From Styela clava (Eukaryota): a stretch of 64,000 nucleotides of DNA. A program made the position numbers and the translations under genes. Of this stretch, positions 25,364 through 37,421 are shown piece after piece (the stretch's first letter is position 1; the number at the start of each line of letters is the position of its first letter). Under the pieces are notes generated by a model. The model was not told where the DNA came from, ran no database searches, and saw nothing but the letters and a program-made list of their open reading frames with translations. Location: the NCBI RefSeq assembly GCF_964204865.1, contig NC_135260.1:15314001-15378000 (forward strand). Reading direction: 5' to 3'.

Positions 25364-28300
25364 CAGTGGCGGCGCGTCAATGGGGCCAACCGGGGCAATG
25401 CCCCGGTTGTTTTTTCGGTATAATAAAAAATATTCGAAAAATACCTCAATATCGGTTGCACAGACTGTCTACACTAGCCATATTCTCCCGACATGGTTCA
25501 TTTTTCGCTCGCAAAGCCTTCGCCGAACGTCGACGGGGCGACGCCGATTTTGCCCCGGTTGCTCATTGTATATCGTATTCTCTCTTTTATCTTCCACTCG
25601 CCGCGTTTGTCTCGTTTGTTTTCTGTTTCTTTTACTAAATCATCGGGGCCGATCGGGGCTAGCCCCGAAATTATGACGACACAATGCCGACGTTTCTTAC
25701 AACAACGTGTTGCCATATTCACGCATTCCTTCTCGTTCGTTGGTTGCTTGAAGAGTTCATAGTTTCCTCGCCTTCGTTTTTGTCGCTTGTTTCGCTATTT
25801 GAATCAGTTAGACCTTTATCAGTTAGACCTTTAGTCCATTTGCTTTCGATTTTCCACATTCCTTTTGAGCTCCTCACTTCTTTCCGGCTTCGCATTTCTT
25901 AGCCTTGGACCTCATAATGAATAAGGTTGATGCACTACTTCGCACTCCGTTTTCGCAGCTGCCGCTGGAACAAAAATTAGAGGTACAACGTCTTGGGCCT
26001 TATCAACCAAAAAAGTTTTCACTGGAACAATCCCATGACGGAGGAAAGCGTCGGCGTACATTCTGCGCAGAAACTTGGTATAAAAAACACGAATGGTTGT
26101 GTTACAGCGAGGACAAAAATGCACTTTTTTGTTTTTATTGCCTACTTTTTGCTACCGCCCGTGACTCACGTTGGTGTAAATTTGGTTTTAGAGATCTTAA
26201 ACATCTTTCCGAGCTTGCCAGGGATCATCAATCTTCTATGGAGCATCTGGACAATGCAGTAAAATACCGAACATTCGAAAATGTTAATATTGCAGCACAG
26301 TTGGATGAAGGACGCGCGGTTTCTATTCGTCGGCACAACCAAAACGTCGAGAAAAACCGCCATGTTCTCGGTCGATTGATAGATGTTTTGAAGTTCATTG
26401 GTTGTCACGAGCTGTCCCTCCGTGGGCACGATGGACGGGCTGGCTCTTCTAATAGAGGGGTATTTTTGGATATGGTGGAATACACCGCATCCCTAGATAC
26501 AGTATTGAGAGATCATCTTGATGCCGCAACTGTTTCGAAGGGACATCTAAGGATATCCAAAATGATTTGCTCGACTCAATGTATAAAATTTATTTACAAC
26601 ATTTGGCTCTGGAAATTGAGAATTGCCAGTTCCTTTCGATTCAGTCTGACGAGACAACTGACATCACGTGCGTTTCCCAACTGGCTGTGATTTTTCGGTT
26701 TGTAAAAGATGGTAAACCTACCGAGAGATTTCACAGCTTTGTACCAATCGTTGATCGCACGGCTTGCGGGATATCGGCTGTACTGAAAGAAGTGTTACAG
26801 CCTTACAACGCGAAGTCAAAATTGATAGCTCAAACTTATGACGGCGCGGCAGTCATGAGTGGGTCGAAACATGGTGTTCAAGTTTATATAAAAGAAGATT
26901 TTCCTCATGCGCATTTTTTACATTGTTATTTATGCACACCAATTTAACCTCGTTAATAAAAATATGTGTCTTGATACCCCTCTCGTTCGTATATTTTTTG
27001 CAAATGTTTCGGGGTTTTCTTCATTTTTTTCCGTTTCGCCGAAGCGCTCTGACCTCCTTCGCCAGATATGTAGCCGCCGTCTCCCAGCTTGTGCACCAAC
27101 ACTTTGGAACTTCCAATCACGCGTGGTGCAGGGCGTGTCCGAAATTAGGTATGAGCTCATTGAGTGTTTCAATGGCATTCAGAGCTCTCCGGTTTGGGAC
27201 GAACGCTCTGTGAGGGAGGCGGCAGGTCTAAAGCGTCTGCTAGAAGATGGTGAGTTTTCATTTTTTCTCCACAATATTCTATCACGTGGATGTATTGTAC
27301 GGCGCATTGCAGTCAAGGCTAATAGATGGAGCGTCTGTGCAGTCGTGTATTTCATACCTCTGCGATGCTGTATCTCGTATCCGGGAAACAATAAAATACG
27401 ACGACACGCGGAGTGCTTCTTTACGCCGGGGGCAAACAACGCGGCGTTTGATTTTGTCTGCAAAGGAATGCTGTGACATTCTGGTGAATCAAATAGGCGA
27501 TCGTCTGCGCACTGAACACCTTGCCGCGTTCTCTTTGATGAACCCCAAAATTTTTTCAAAATTTGCACGTCAATTTCCCATCCATTTGTTGGCTACTGTC
27601 TCCAAATTTTACCCCATGATAAACGTGGGTAAATTGGAAAATGAATTGCGATGTATATACACCAATCAAACTTTTTTTAAACATCACATCAACTTGCGCG
27701 CTCTATGGGTTCCTCATAGATAACACTCTAGTAACTACTAACTACCTTTGCGGCGTCTGCAAAATTTCTGGACATCATTTTGACGACGCCTATTTCTTCC
27801 GCCGACGCAGAGCGAACATTCAGCACGCTGAAGCGTATTAAACCGTATCTCAGAAACACAATGAAGCAAGATAGATTAAATTCCTTGGCTGTTTTATCCA
27901 TTCACAGAGACGTTATTTCTGGGATGCATGACTTTAATCAGCGCGTTATTGAGCATTTTGCTTCCAAGAAACCGCGGCGTGTTGCATATATGTTCAAGCA
28001 GTAGAAGTCCAGCAGCATATATATCTATGAGTGAGCGACGCATGTCCTTATCTTTGCATTATCTTTCTTCATAGTAACGTTTTAAACCTTATTTTAGGTT
28101 TTGTCTGCTTTCCCGAAGTTTCTGTTAATATGTCATTGTATTTATCTGGGTAAATATTGCCTTTCCTTTTGAAAGAGGTTTCAAAATAAACTATGTCTAT
28201 ATAAATTAATCCCTTGACTTGGACCGGTTTTAAAGACACTTTCTTATCGTTAAAAATTGTCGCTTTTGCCGATTGGTTGTTACCGATGGAATGGTTTTTA

Positions 28301-28413
28301 TACTCATAAAATGATGGGAGAACTTACAGCGCTCATCCTGTCTCCGTAGATAGGGGTGACTTGGTCCCGCAGTAGCTTGCCCCGGTTGTCAAAATGACCA
28401 CGCGCCGCCACTG
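25364..28413 (+). mobile_element. Full-length hAT DNA transposon (ZMYM1/Tip100-like), 3050 bp
   Basis: 14-bp perfect TIR CAGTGGCGGCGCGT; exact 8-bp TSD ATAAAAAT (25356-25363, 28414-28421); subterminal TGCCCCGGTTG at both ends; internal transposase. Confidence 0.95.
25917..28004 (+). pseudogene. Frameshifted hAT transposase (TTF zinc finger, DUF4371, DDE, dimerisation domain)
   Basis: WLCYS...FCFYC; LRGHD...NRGVF; SIQSDETTD; AQTYDGAAVMSG; HC..H; PISSADAERTFSTLKRIK spread over several overlapping ORFs (about 5 frameshifts). Confidence 0.9.
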
Positions 28414-31057
28414 ATAAAAATATATATACAAACAAAATAATCTCGGACGCTATGAAGCGAGAGATAAAAAGAGAGGAAGAGCAGCAAATAAAGACAAATA
28501 TTAGAAATTATTGTAGAGAGAAGAATTGTTCTAAAATGGCAAAAAAAGAAATTTTCCGTGAAATGCCGGTAAAAATGAAATCGACGAAAAAAGCCGTCCG
28601 TAAGAAACTGCCTTTCAATTTATTGTCAGACGATGCATTAAACAAATTAGAATCATCAATGTAGGAAAAGAGAAAAATTCAGGAGAAGAAGCAAAATAAT
28701 ATAGATTGGAGGAAGTTACAGAAATTAACGAAAAGCAAGTTGTAGAAGGCAATAAGAAAAAGAAGCAGAACAAGGCGGAGGTAAGCGTAAAGCATAGCAA
28801 AACAGACGAGGATAATAAGTGTATAAATGCAAAGATGTGCTTTGTGTGACGATTGCGACGCATGGTTTCACTTGAAATGCACAGGGATTAACCCAAGTCT
28901 TGAAGAATCAAATATCGATTTTGCATGTTGCATAGATGAATAACATCAGACCAGTTTAAATTTTTATAAAGCTAAGGCGTCAGCAAAATACCTCACTATT
29001 GTTAACATCTTCGTTGGTATAAAATTTCTTCAAATTATTCGTTTTAAAAAAGAATACTTGATATTTGGATTTCCGGAATTAGTGGAAATTTGATCACATC
29101 TCCCCCCACAATCAATTCATGAACAATCACTGAGTGGTGAATAACGTAATAAATTAAATTTATTTGTCCTGTATTCTTTTAGGTTACATCAACCATGTTT
29201 GTTGTATTTGTTTTTAATCCATAAGCAATCGGAATGTTTCTTGTTGGTGTTTTTGTTCGACTTTAATATTTCAGCGCCATTGGCAAATTTCATTCCTGTG
29301 AAGTAAACAATAATTTTTCACGAGCACTATTCGTAATATTTTTACTTTTATCAGTTTAAGAGTTGACATACTTGTAGAGCACATTGGGAGTAATCGAAAT
29401 ATTGGTTTAGCCTCTCATTATATTGAACAGCAATGCGTTTTCGGTGGAGCTAAAAAAGGATAAACATTCTTTGTGGCTTCGATTACATTGATTTGTATAA
29501 AAACACTATTTCTTGGCATTTGTAAATCGATAATTTCTAGCGCAGAAATAAATTTGATAACATTGTTTTTTGCAATGTAAACATGCCAGCCTCTACGGAA
29601 GATTAGGATTTTATACACATCCTGGGGACGGGGTGAAGAGATGAGCCTGATTAATCATATGACAAGACATGGCGGTTTTTTCAGTCAATCTGTTTGCCAT
29701 ACTGCAAATGTGTACACGTTTATGTCTTTTGGGAACTTTTAGTTTAGTTACATTATTCAAAAATTGATATCGCAAACTGCGCCATAGACTAGCATAAATT
29801 TAAATATCAAAGAGTCCCAACATTCTTCATTTTATATTTTATCAAGTTAATATGTCAAGCTAATAGCTCTTTTTCATCAAGCTTCGACCTGTTAATTATA
29901 TCTCAATACTTCTTCATTGAGCTCCTTGTTCAATCTTTGATAAATTAATCCAACCATTACTAATTACTGCAAAAATTTGCATGAATGGCCTGGACTAATG
30001 AATTGCTCAAGTTCCGTGTAAAAAACACTTCTAATTAATATTTATATCTAAAGTGTTCAAAATCATTTCACATAGTGTTATATAATGTTGCATCCTATTT
30101 ATTCCTATATTAAGCCAACCCTTTGCGAACTGGTGTGTCTACAAAATCTGCATGAATGGCCTAGACCAGAGAAATGTATATTTTACACTAAAAATCTGAT
30201 TTGTTTCGATGATCCCACCTTTGCTCCAGAAGTGATTATATTGCACGAGAATGTGTATACTGCTTGTTCTGTTTTCATCCATAAGAATACAAGTTACCCA
30301 AATAATTGGTATCTCGCCCTGCCTTCCCACCCATTTCGCTTCTATCAATTTTATGTGTTTTGATATTTTGTTATCGATTGTATTGATTATATTGAATCTT
30401 AAATTATACAAAGTCTACAATTTACTACAGCACTTGCATGAAGGGCTCTGACCAAAGAAATGCTTAATGTTTAAACCAAAATCAAATTTGTTTCGATGAT
30501 TACATGTTCATAATCCTGCTTGATATTTTTTAACTTATATTCATTCAAAAGTATAAAAGTTATCTTGCCCGCCCACACTTATTTCGATATGTGGATAATT
30601 CCGTTATTTAAAAAAACACTTTCATATTAGAAAATAGTAATATACATGTAAATATTGTATATAGTGAATAAACCTGGGAGGTATTGATATATTGACACCG
30701 AACCTGTTATTTTTATGCCTATTTAATTAAATTGGGTCACAACTGACCCTGATGACCCCCAAAGGTCGTATCGTTGCCTCCCAGTCATGCACCGAAACAT
30801 CTGTTTATTTGATATTTGTGTATTGTGTGCATATATCGTTTTCTTGGTTTGACAAAATGAAATAAACTCTTCCTCTCTCTCTTTATCAGTACCTATAAGC
30901 GACATGTGGTTCATTGTTTTGAATAGAAATGATGTATTTGAACATGTGAGCAAGTTTAAAGCGCCGACTCCTCAAACACTCTCAAAAATATATGCATTTT
31001 GTCACGCTTGGTAGATCTGGGCTGATTTGAGACTACCAGGCATCGCACACACCACGG

Positions 31058-31064
31058 TCTTTTC
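31058..31064 (+). promoter_or_regulatory. TCT/5'TOP initiator of RPL18a
   Basis: TCTTTTC 30 nt upstream of the ATG, the polypyrimidine initiator typical of animal ribosomal protein genes. Confidence 0.6.
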
Positions 31065-31087
31065 GGAAACTTGCCTGAGCTGTCGAC

Positions 31088-31621
31088 ATGAAGGCGAAGG
31101 GAGAACTTAGGGAATATAAGGTTGTTGGGCGAAAATTGCCCAGCGAGACCGAAAAAAATCCTCCCCTGTTTCGTATGAGGTTGTTCGCTCCTGACCACAT
31201 CGCCGCAAAGAGCAGATTCTGGTACTATCTTTCTTATTATAAGAAAATTAAGAAGAATGCTGGGGAAATTTTACAATGCTCAAAAATGACGGAGAAATCT
31301 CCAGGGCGAGTGAAAAATTTTGGAATATGGCTGCGTTACGATTCTAGAAGTGGTTCTCACAATATGTACAGGGAATACAGAGATGTCAAAGTGGCAAGTG
31401 CAGTCACCCAATGTTACAGAGACATGGGTGCTCGTCACAGAGCACGACCTGGTTCTATCCAGATCATGAAAGTGGAGGAAGTTGCTGCTTCAAAGTGCAG
31501 AAGAACAAATGTTAAGCAATTTCATGATTCCAAGATCCGGTTTCCAATGCCTAGACGTGTGCTAAGCAAATCACAGCAAAATGCTCGTCGTTTCACCACA
31601 AGAAAACCTATGTTGTTTTAA
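31088..31621 (+). CDS. RPL18A: 60S ribosomal protein L18a (eL20), intronless, 177 aa
   Basis: [18 protein letters not shown]...AKSRFWY...[24 protein letters not shown]...[12 protein letters not shown]...[11 protein letters not shown]; AATAAA at 31642-31647. Confidence 0.97.
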   Translation: MKAKGELREYKVVGRKLPSETEKNPPLFRMRLFAPDHIAAKSRFWYYLSYYKKIKKNAGEILQCSKMTEKSPGRVKNFGIWLRYDSRSGSHNMYREYRDVKVASAVTQCYRDMGARHRARPGSIQIMKVEEVAASKCRRTNVKQFHDSKIRFPMPRRVLSKSQQNARRFTTRKPMLF

Positions 31622-32607
31622 ACTTTGCAACGTGGTGTTGGAATAAATTTGAAAGAGGAGTGGTCTATATATTGTGTTTACGTACAGAGTATAGAGGTGA
31701 AGATAAAAGGTTCAGGTTATTTTTAGGTATGAAGGCTGGCAATACGGTCTCATTTTAATCGGGTGTATACAGATATACCGCTGTACAGCCTGGTACTACA
31801 CATCCTGTACCGTCTTATGGTAACTTTGATTCCCCCATGCTAGCCACTAACATAATCCAGCGGAACTGCGGTTGTTTTATTGATTTAACAGATTTGTCGA
31901 TCTCTAATTGCAGTTATAGGTTCGGTGATATAGCAAAAAAGTTAGTGGATGGATGTTTCAGCGACAGCGACGTGCTCACTTAGAAAATTATGTCATTGGG
32001 TTACCTTTGTTCATTCTGAATGTATAGTTTATCACAATTCAGTGGTTGTCTGTTGTGTCGTGTAGATTTGCTCTCGCGTTCAGTTTAAACTTCACTCCCG
32101 TTTTTGTAGGCATAACATCACACGCATGCATGATTATCGGGTATTTATCATGTAGAATGCATCACCATCCTCAACATACCACATACATGGCTATAATTAC
32201 ACATCAGTTGTATTCAACTTTAACATATTTAAGGGACATTTGCACTAGTGATAACTTGGTAAATATGAATATGTGTACGCTGAGCTAGAGTGCATATGTA
32301 TGAATAAAACATTGCTTTATGCGGTCAGATAGTCTTTAACATTTCATGTGATTTTTGCGTAGAGTCAGACTCCCAACGTCAACAGAACTTCTACACAACA
32401 ATATCCAAAAGCATGTAAACAGTTTTAAAAAATTCGATAAATACATGTCACCACACATACTCTTGATACATTTGTAAATTATTGCACTGATGTCTTGATT
32501 AATTAGTTGAATCTTGGAACTTGATAAGAACAATGTAGAAACAAGTTCACAAGATGTACTGCTCAGATGAACATTATCACATATTTGGAATATTTACATA
32601 TATTCAT

Positions 32608-34494
32608 TCAACTACATGCTTTTTTGACGAGTGTAACAATAATATCTAGTTGGGGCTCTTTATTAGGAGAATCTAACGAGTCACGAAATAATTGAGTATG
32701 TTGCCAAGCATTATCACCTTCCCCGCCAGATAAAAAGGCATGGATAGATATAACAGTAGTCCCGAACACCTCATGTGTGAGGGAAACAGTTTCTTTGATA
32801 GGAATCGTATGGCTATCTGTGCAGATGAGAAATTTGACAGAACCCGATTGGAATACAGTTGGCTTTATTCTCAATTTTATCTCCTTTATAACAATATCAG
32901 ATTTTAGTTGTGTTAGGTCAATTTTCCAAGATAAATGGGCTTTTTTACTGTGTTCAGCACGAGCTAAATACACCATTTTCCAATCACTTTCAACTTTCCT
33001 TTGAATATGAGCATGTGAATTAACAAGCGATTGCCAGCCTGGAATTGGCTCAGAAAGAGACTTTCTTATATAATGATCTTCAGTAGAAAAATATTTCAAT
33101 TCAATAATATTATCTGCCAACTCCTTTTCATTTGGGATAATTTGAACATTGTTTGCAGCGTTACCCATTTCTCCTCTTGCTTCCCTCCATTCTAGTGATC
33201 CAGTAGTTCTTCCACCTAACCCACTTTGACTTTCAAACCTAGGTGACAAGAACTCGACCATCTCCTGTATTTGACGGCTCTCTACAATTCTCCGTCTCAC
33301 TGGAGATAAATGGTTCATTCGAGAATTTTTGAGCTTCAAAATTTTTTCTCTAAGCCACACTTCTCTGCAAATTAGTTTTCTTCTTGACAATACATCTGCA
33401 ACATTTCTAGTGTACCTCCATGTGACATCAACAATTTCATCACATGAAGCAGCTACTATTATAGACAGTTTCTTCCCCCATCCTTTTTCATACAAAAGAG
33501 GTTTATCACACTCATTTTCACAGGGATCACAATGCAGCCACCTGCCTGCTGCTTTTGAATATACTTCAGTCCAAACGTGGTCAGTCCAGTCTAGAACATG
33601 CCTAGCATCGAAACTAAGTGACCGACATAAAAGTGTAAAACAATTGGCCCATTCTCCACATCTTCCGGTTCTAGTTTCGAGCAGCTTTTCTGGGTGATTG
33701 TACCTTGGAAATCTAAGCGTATCATTACACTGTGTGCATCGATATCCTTCAACTCTTCCAGCCCCCCATCTCTTTTCCTCGGATGTTGGCGAAAGCATAC
33801 CAATTGACACAGACTTGCCATTGAAACAAGTTGGGCAAGATGGGGCATCTGTCCAAGTAAAAAATTGATTTTTGAACCAATCTAATAATTCTAACAATAA
33901 GCAATCATCATACTCCATCTTTTTGTGAATTTGGGAAATTACAAAAGTTGGGTTAGCGGCGAGTCTCGATTGTGCTTTCTGCACAAGGGTTTCCATAGGA
34001 ATTATGAAACGAGCCTTTTCTTGTAAAGCCGGATTCTCATAAACCATAACATGTTGAAAATGTGAGGACAATTTACTATCTGTCTGAGTTTCAGATAATA
34101 TGATATTTTGTAAAGATGTTTCAACATTTTCTTTCTTTTTAGTTGAATTTGTAACTTTAGGTTGCTCTAAATTTTGCTTTTCTTCTAAAGCACTTTCCAG
34201 CTGAGATTTTAGTTCGATCAAATAGACAGAGTCATTGCTGGTATAAATAAACTTGTTTTCTGATTCTATGAAACCCATTTCAAACAGGCACTGGACTGCT
34301 CCATCAATGGGAAGAAGAGACTCCATGAATGTACGACTGCCAACTTGAATCGATTTATATTTTTCGACACCTGGGTTGTTTTTGATGTTCCTTGCAATTT
34401 TAACAAGCACTGTTGCAGCTTTTATAAAATCTTCTTTTGAATTTGTCAGCAGCCGAGCCACACAGCTACAATATTGCTTTTCAGAACCATCCAT
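32608..34494 (-). CDS. NGLY1: Peptide:N-glycanase (PNGase) with PUB, transglutaminase-like core and PAW domains; intronless CDS, 628 aa
   Basis: PUB (NIKNNP..EKYKSI...CLFEMGF); zinc ligands CPTC/CTQC; catalytic triad in TGRCGEWANCF, WTDHVWTEVY, WLHCDPCEN; PAW motifs DWKMVYLAR and GDNAWQHTQLFR. Confidence 0.97.
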   Translation of the reverse strand: MDGSEKQYCSCVARLLTNSKEDFIKAATVLVKIARNIKNNPGVEKYKSIQVGSRTFMESLLPIDGAVQCLFEMGFIESENKFIYTSNDSVYLIELKSQLESALEEKQNLEQPKVTNSTKKKENVETSLQNIILSETQTDSKLSSHFQHVMVYENPALQEKARFIIPMETLVQKAQSRLAANPTFVISQIHKKMEYDDCLLLELLDWFKNQFFTWTDAPSCPTCFNGKSVSIGMLSPTSEEKRWGAGRVEGYRCTQCNDTLRFPRYNHPEKLLETRTGRCGEWANCFTLLCRSLSFDARHVLDWTDHVWTEVYSKAAGRWLHCDPCENECDKPLLYEKGWGKKLSIIVAASCDEIVDVTWRYTRNVADVLSRRKLICREVWLREKILKLKNSRMNHLSPVRRRIVESRQIQEMVEFLSPRFESQSGLGGRTTGSLEWREARGEMGNAANNVQIIPNEKELADNIIELKYFSTEDHYIRKSLSEPIPGWQSLVNSHAHIQRKVESDWKMVYLARAEHSKKAHLSWKIDLTQLKSDIVIKEIKLRIKPTVFQSGSVKFLICTDSHTIPIKETVSLTHEVFGTTVISIHAFLSGGEGDNAWQHTQLFRDSLDSPNKEPQLDIIVTLVKKACS

Positions 34495-34808
34495 TTTCAC
34501 AGCCGAGCACTATGAAATCATGACATAAATGGCACCGAATACTACATAGCAACTGTGCATTTCAAAAGTATGAAAAATTCAATTATACATACATAAAATC
34601 TCATTTAGACTTGGCATAATTTTATATAGTCTACAGACATAACTGGAGCACACCAGCTCATGATAGTACCTTCAGACTCAGTCTTCTACGACCTGTCGAC
34701 AAGCTACGCTTTGGAAATGGCAAGTGCAGTTTTAAGTATTCTGTGGCGTCTGCAGCTGCCGCAAAATCATGGCGGTATTTCCATACCATGGCGGCTACGG
34801 CCAAATCT

Positions 34809-35349
34809 ATGGCGACCATGGACCTTTCCCCGAGCATCGACTTCCTTGTTTACTTCGTGACATTGGCCAATCATCAAATTGCAAAAAGTGACGTAACAAT
34901 GCTCCCTTTTCGCATCCGCTCAGACACTTTCTCACTCAGACAGATTTTCAAGCGTGGTCGTAAACATTACCTCGTTTTCGCATTTTTGAACTCTATTTGT
35001 TAGTTTTCAGTTGTGTTTTGGAAACTTAAATGTAAATCAGATAATTCAATGGTCACCCTGTCTTCCTAGGAGTTTTGATTTAATTGCAGTAATAAAAATT
35101 AGTGTAGAAATAGCTGTGATAGACTAGGCTAAAATTCTTTAACGGTACCTTTAAAAAACAGATTGTTGTATGCGATGAATCATAATGATGGTTTGAAACA
35201 CATACCCCATTTCACAGGCGCCAACTCGCAAAAGCACGCTTAAAATAGCCCCGAAAATTTTGCAATGGTAAAGTATAGGAAGAATTTTTCGGGGGTCAAA
35301 GGTCGGTGAAAGGTCCATTGAGGTGTATATACACCTCAATGATGGCGAC
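34809..35349. mobile_element. 26-bp palindromic micro-element (CATTGAGGTGTATATACACCTCAATG) with 8-bp TSD ATGGCGAC, interrupted by an ISL2EU-like MITE
   Basis: ATGGCGAC at 34809-34816 and 35342-35349; removing 34820-35318 reconstitutes a perfect 26-bp palindrome between them. Confidence 0.65.
34820..35316. mobile_element. ISL2EU/PIF-like MITE, 497 bp
   Basis: TIR GGACCTTTCCCCGA / TCGGTGAAAGGTCC flanked by AT on both sides; left 160 bp recur inverted at 40091-40248. Confidence 0.7.
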
Positions 35350-37421
35350 TGACTTTTTAGCTACCACAAACCAAAGTAGAGCTGCCGTTACCGCGGCAGC
35401 AAATTGAAACCAATGGCAGGTAAAATTTTGCTGCCGTAACTGCGGCAGGTGGGCCGTAAAAGATAGGGCTGTCCTTTATGGTGACAAATATTGGTTAAGT
35501 TGGAACGTTTTTCTTATGGATACAGTTTTGATGAATTTGGGGTTAGGGTTTAAGTAGATATAATCCCACATCATTAATTTGTGAATATACCGTTAATACT
35601 GAATAGCGCTATAAAACCATGGCTAGAGCTGCCGCGGTTCGTTCGTGGCAGGAGCTGCCATGAAGTGGTAAGAACTGCGCCTCGGAAATGGAGAAACATT
35701 GTGTCTAAAAGTTCAGAAATTATGGTAGGACGGTAGGCTACGTATATAATTTTGTTATTCACAGATGAAAAGATAAGTATAAGTTTTACGGTTGGACAAT
35801 GTCTTAAACTTGAAATAATTTTTGTGTATGGTATGTCACGATATATCACAGGATACACATAAATTTACTTGCAATTAGAGAGAGAGAGAATTTATTTTTT
35901 TCGTCAAACCAGAAAACATAATGATGAATCAATAACAAATAATAATAAAATATAGCACATAATGCAGTTTTCGGTATATGACTGGGTGATAACGATACGA
36001 CCAATTTAGAAACTCAAATCTGAAGAAAAAGAACTTACTGTACTTTAAGAATCACCCAAAGGAGAATGACAATTTCGACGGTTATGGCCGCCAGAAAACT
36101 ATGTGCGCTGCCTTTACATTCGGACATTGTTGTCTTCAACTGAATTTTGCGATGTGGCAATTTTGTACAGTATTCATAAATCTTAGCAAGTTTGTCGCCG
36201 AAAATTAGACCGACTGGTCACTTTGCGGTTATCCTGTCATTTCCAGACAAAGGCATGACTAACTCATATACAAATCTTTTGCTCTTATTTTGTGCTTTTC
36301 CTGAATGGCTAATAAAAAATGATTTGATTGATTGAATTTTCTATTATTATATCAAGAGTTTAAAAGCCATGGCTTAGGCCAGTCACCGTGGTTCTCAAAC
36401 TTTTTCTGTTCGCTGCACACATGTAAAAAATAAAGTTGACTTGACACAAATTTTTTTTGCAGTAATGTGATGTGTGTGCCTGTTTTTAAGTGTCAAATCA
36501 TTTTAATCAAGCAGAAAATCTGTGTTCACAGAGCCATGGAGATACAAATGGCTAGATTATTTTGATAGCTTTTGCACTGATGGTTGAATAGAATTTGTAA
36601 GCAGATAGGGGTTTGCCAAAATGTGTGTTCCACTTGTACAACGTGCCCTACTTGTGCCTTTTGTCCTACCTAGACAACTATTTTATCCCGTCAGTAAACA
36701 GTAATAATTCAGGTGTAATTCACTTATACGCCAATTTTCACAACTTCACATGTTAGCATGTGAAACAAGTAGGACACATATTTTCGAGATACCTAGCAGA
36801 TAGCCAATACTCGTCATCATGGATAACTTGACTACACGGACAACTCACCAGAGACTACTCGACTACAGAGAGGTCTGGTGAGTTATCCGTCCTTTCGCAT
36901 TTTATATGAACCTTTGACCCCCGAAAAATACTTCCAATAGACCTTTCCCCGACACCAAAACATCCGTATTCTTAACCAATCACAAGCGAGCAGGTGTAAA
37001 CAAACATTCACCGCTTAAAGTTCGCTCAGACAACCCTTGACGCGTTCGCATTCGCATGTGAGTTGCTACGGTCTAAGCAGTGAGCAGGTCTTTGTCCTTT
37101 TTTCACTTTTTGTTTTCTTCGCAGTACTGCGAGAATTAGAGTTGTAATACTGAATGTTACCGGTACTTGTTGCAAATCACGTTCACGAAATATATATATA
37201 TATTTATACTGAGAGGCTTCGCCCTAGGCCGGCACCTTACAGGTCTGCAGGTACCAGGTTAACCAACTGCTATTTCGAATAAAAAATAATAGACAGTCAT
37301 GCTGATGAAATCAAAGGTACCGGTAGCCTACCGTATGTCAGTACGAAAGAATTTGCCATCAATACGATGTTGCATTTTTATTAGACAGTATCTATTAGTG
37401 GATTATTTTGATAGACTAACC

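Larger units (their letters stand above)
22884..28943 (+). pseudogene. Decayed pogo/Tigger-like (psq-HTH, CENP-B HTH, DDE_1-associated) transposase with C-terminal PHD finger, split by nested insertions
   Basis: Fragments in order: AIRYGILQANILDRITGK (psq HTH); KRGPKTMLTDK*EKDLSDWVKQM; ELARAMYCSGEKVRNWFAEFEN; FKKRYERGEISEDGFHIAW; a Lys/Glu-rich coil; LCDDCDAWFHLKCTG...FACC (PHD) ending at 28943. Confidence 0.65.

Noticed and set aside
31088-31621. RPL18a as a dead processed pseudogene
   Set aside because: ORF intact, TCT initiator and AATAAA present, no genomic poly(A) tail or TSD.
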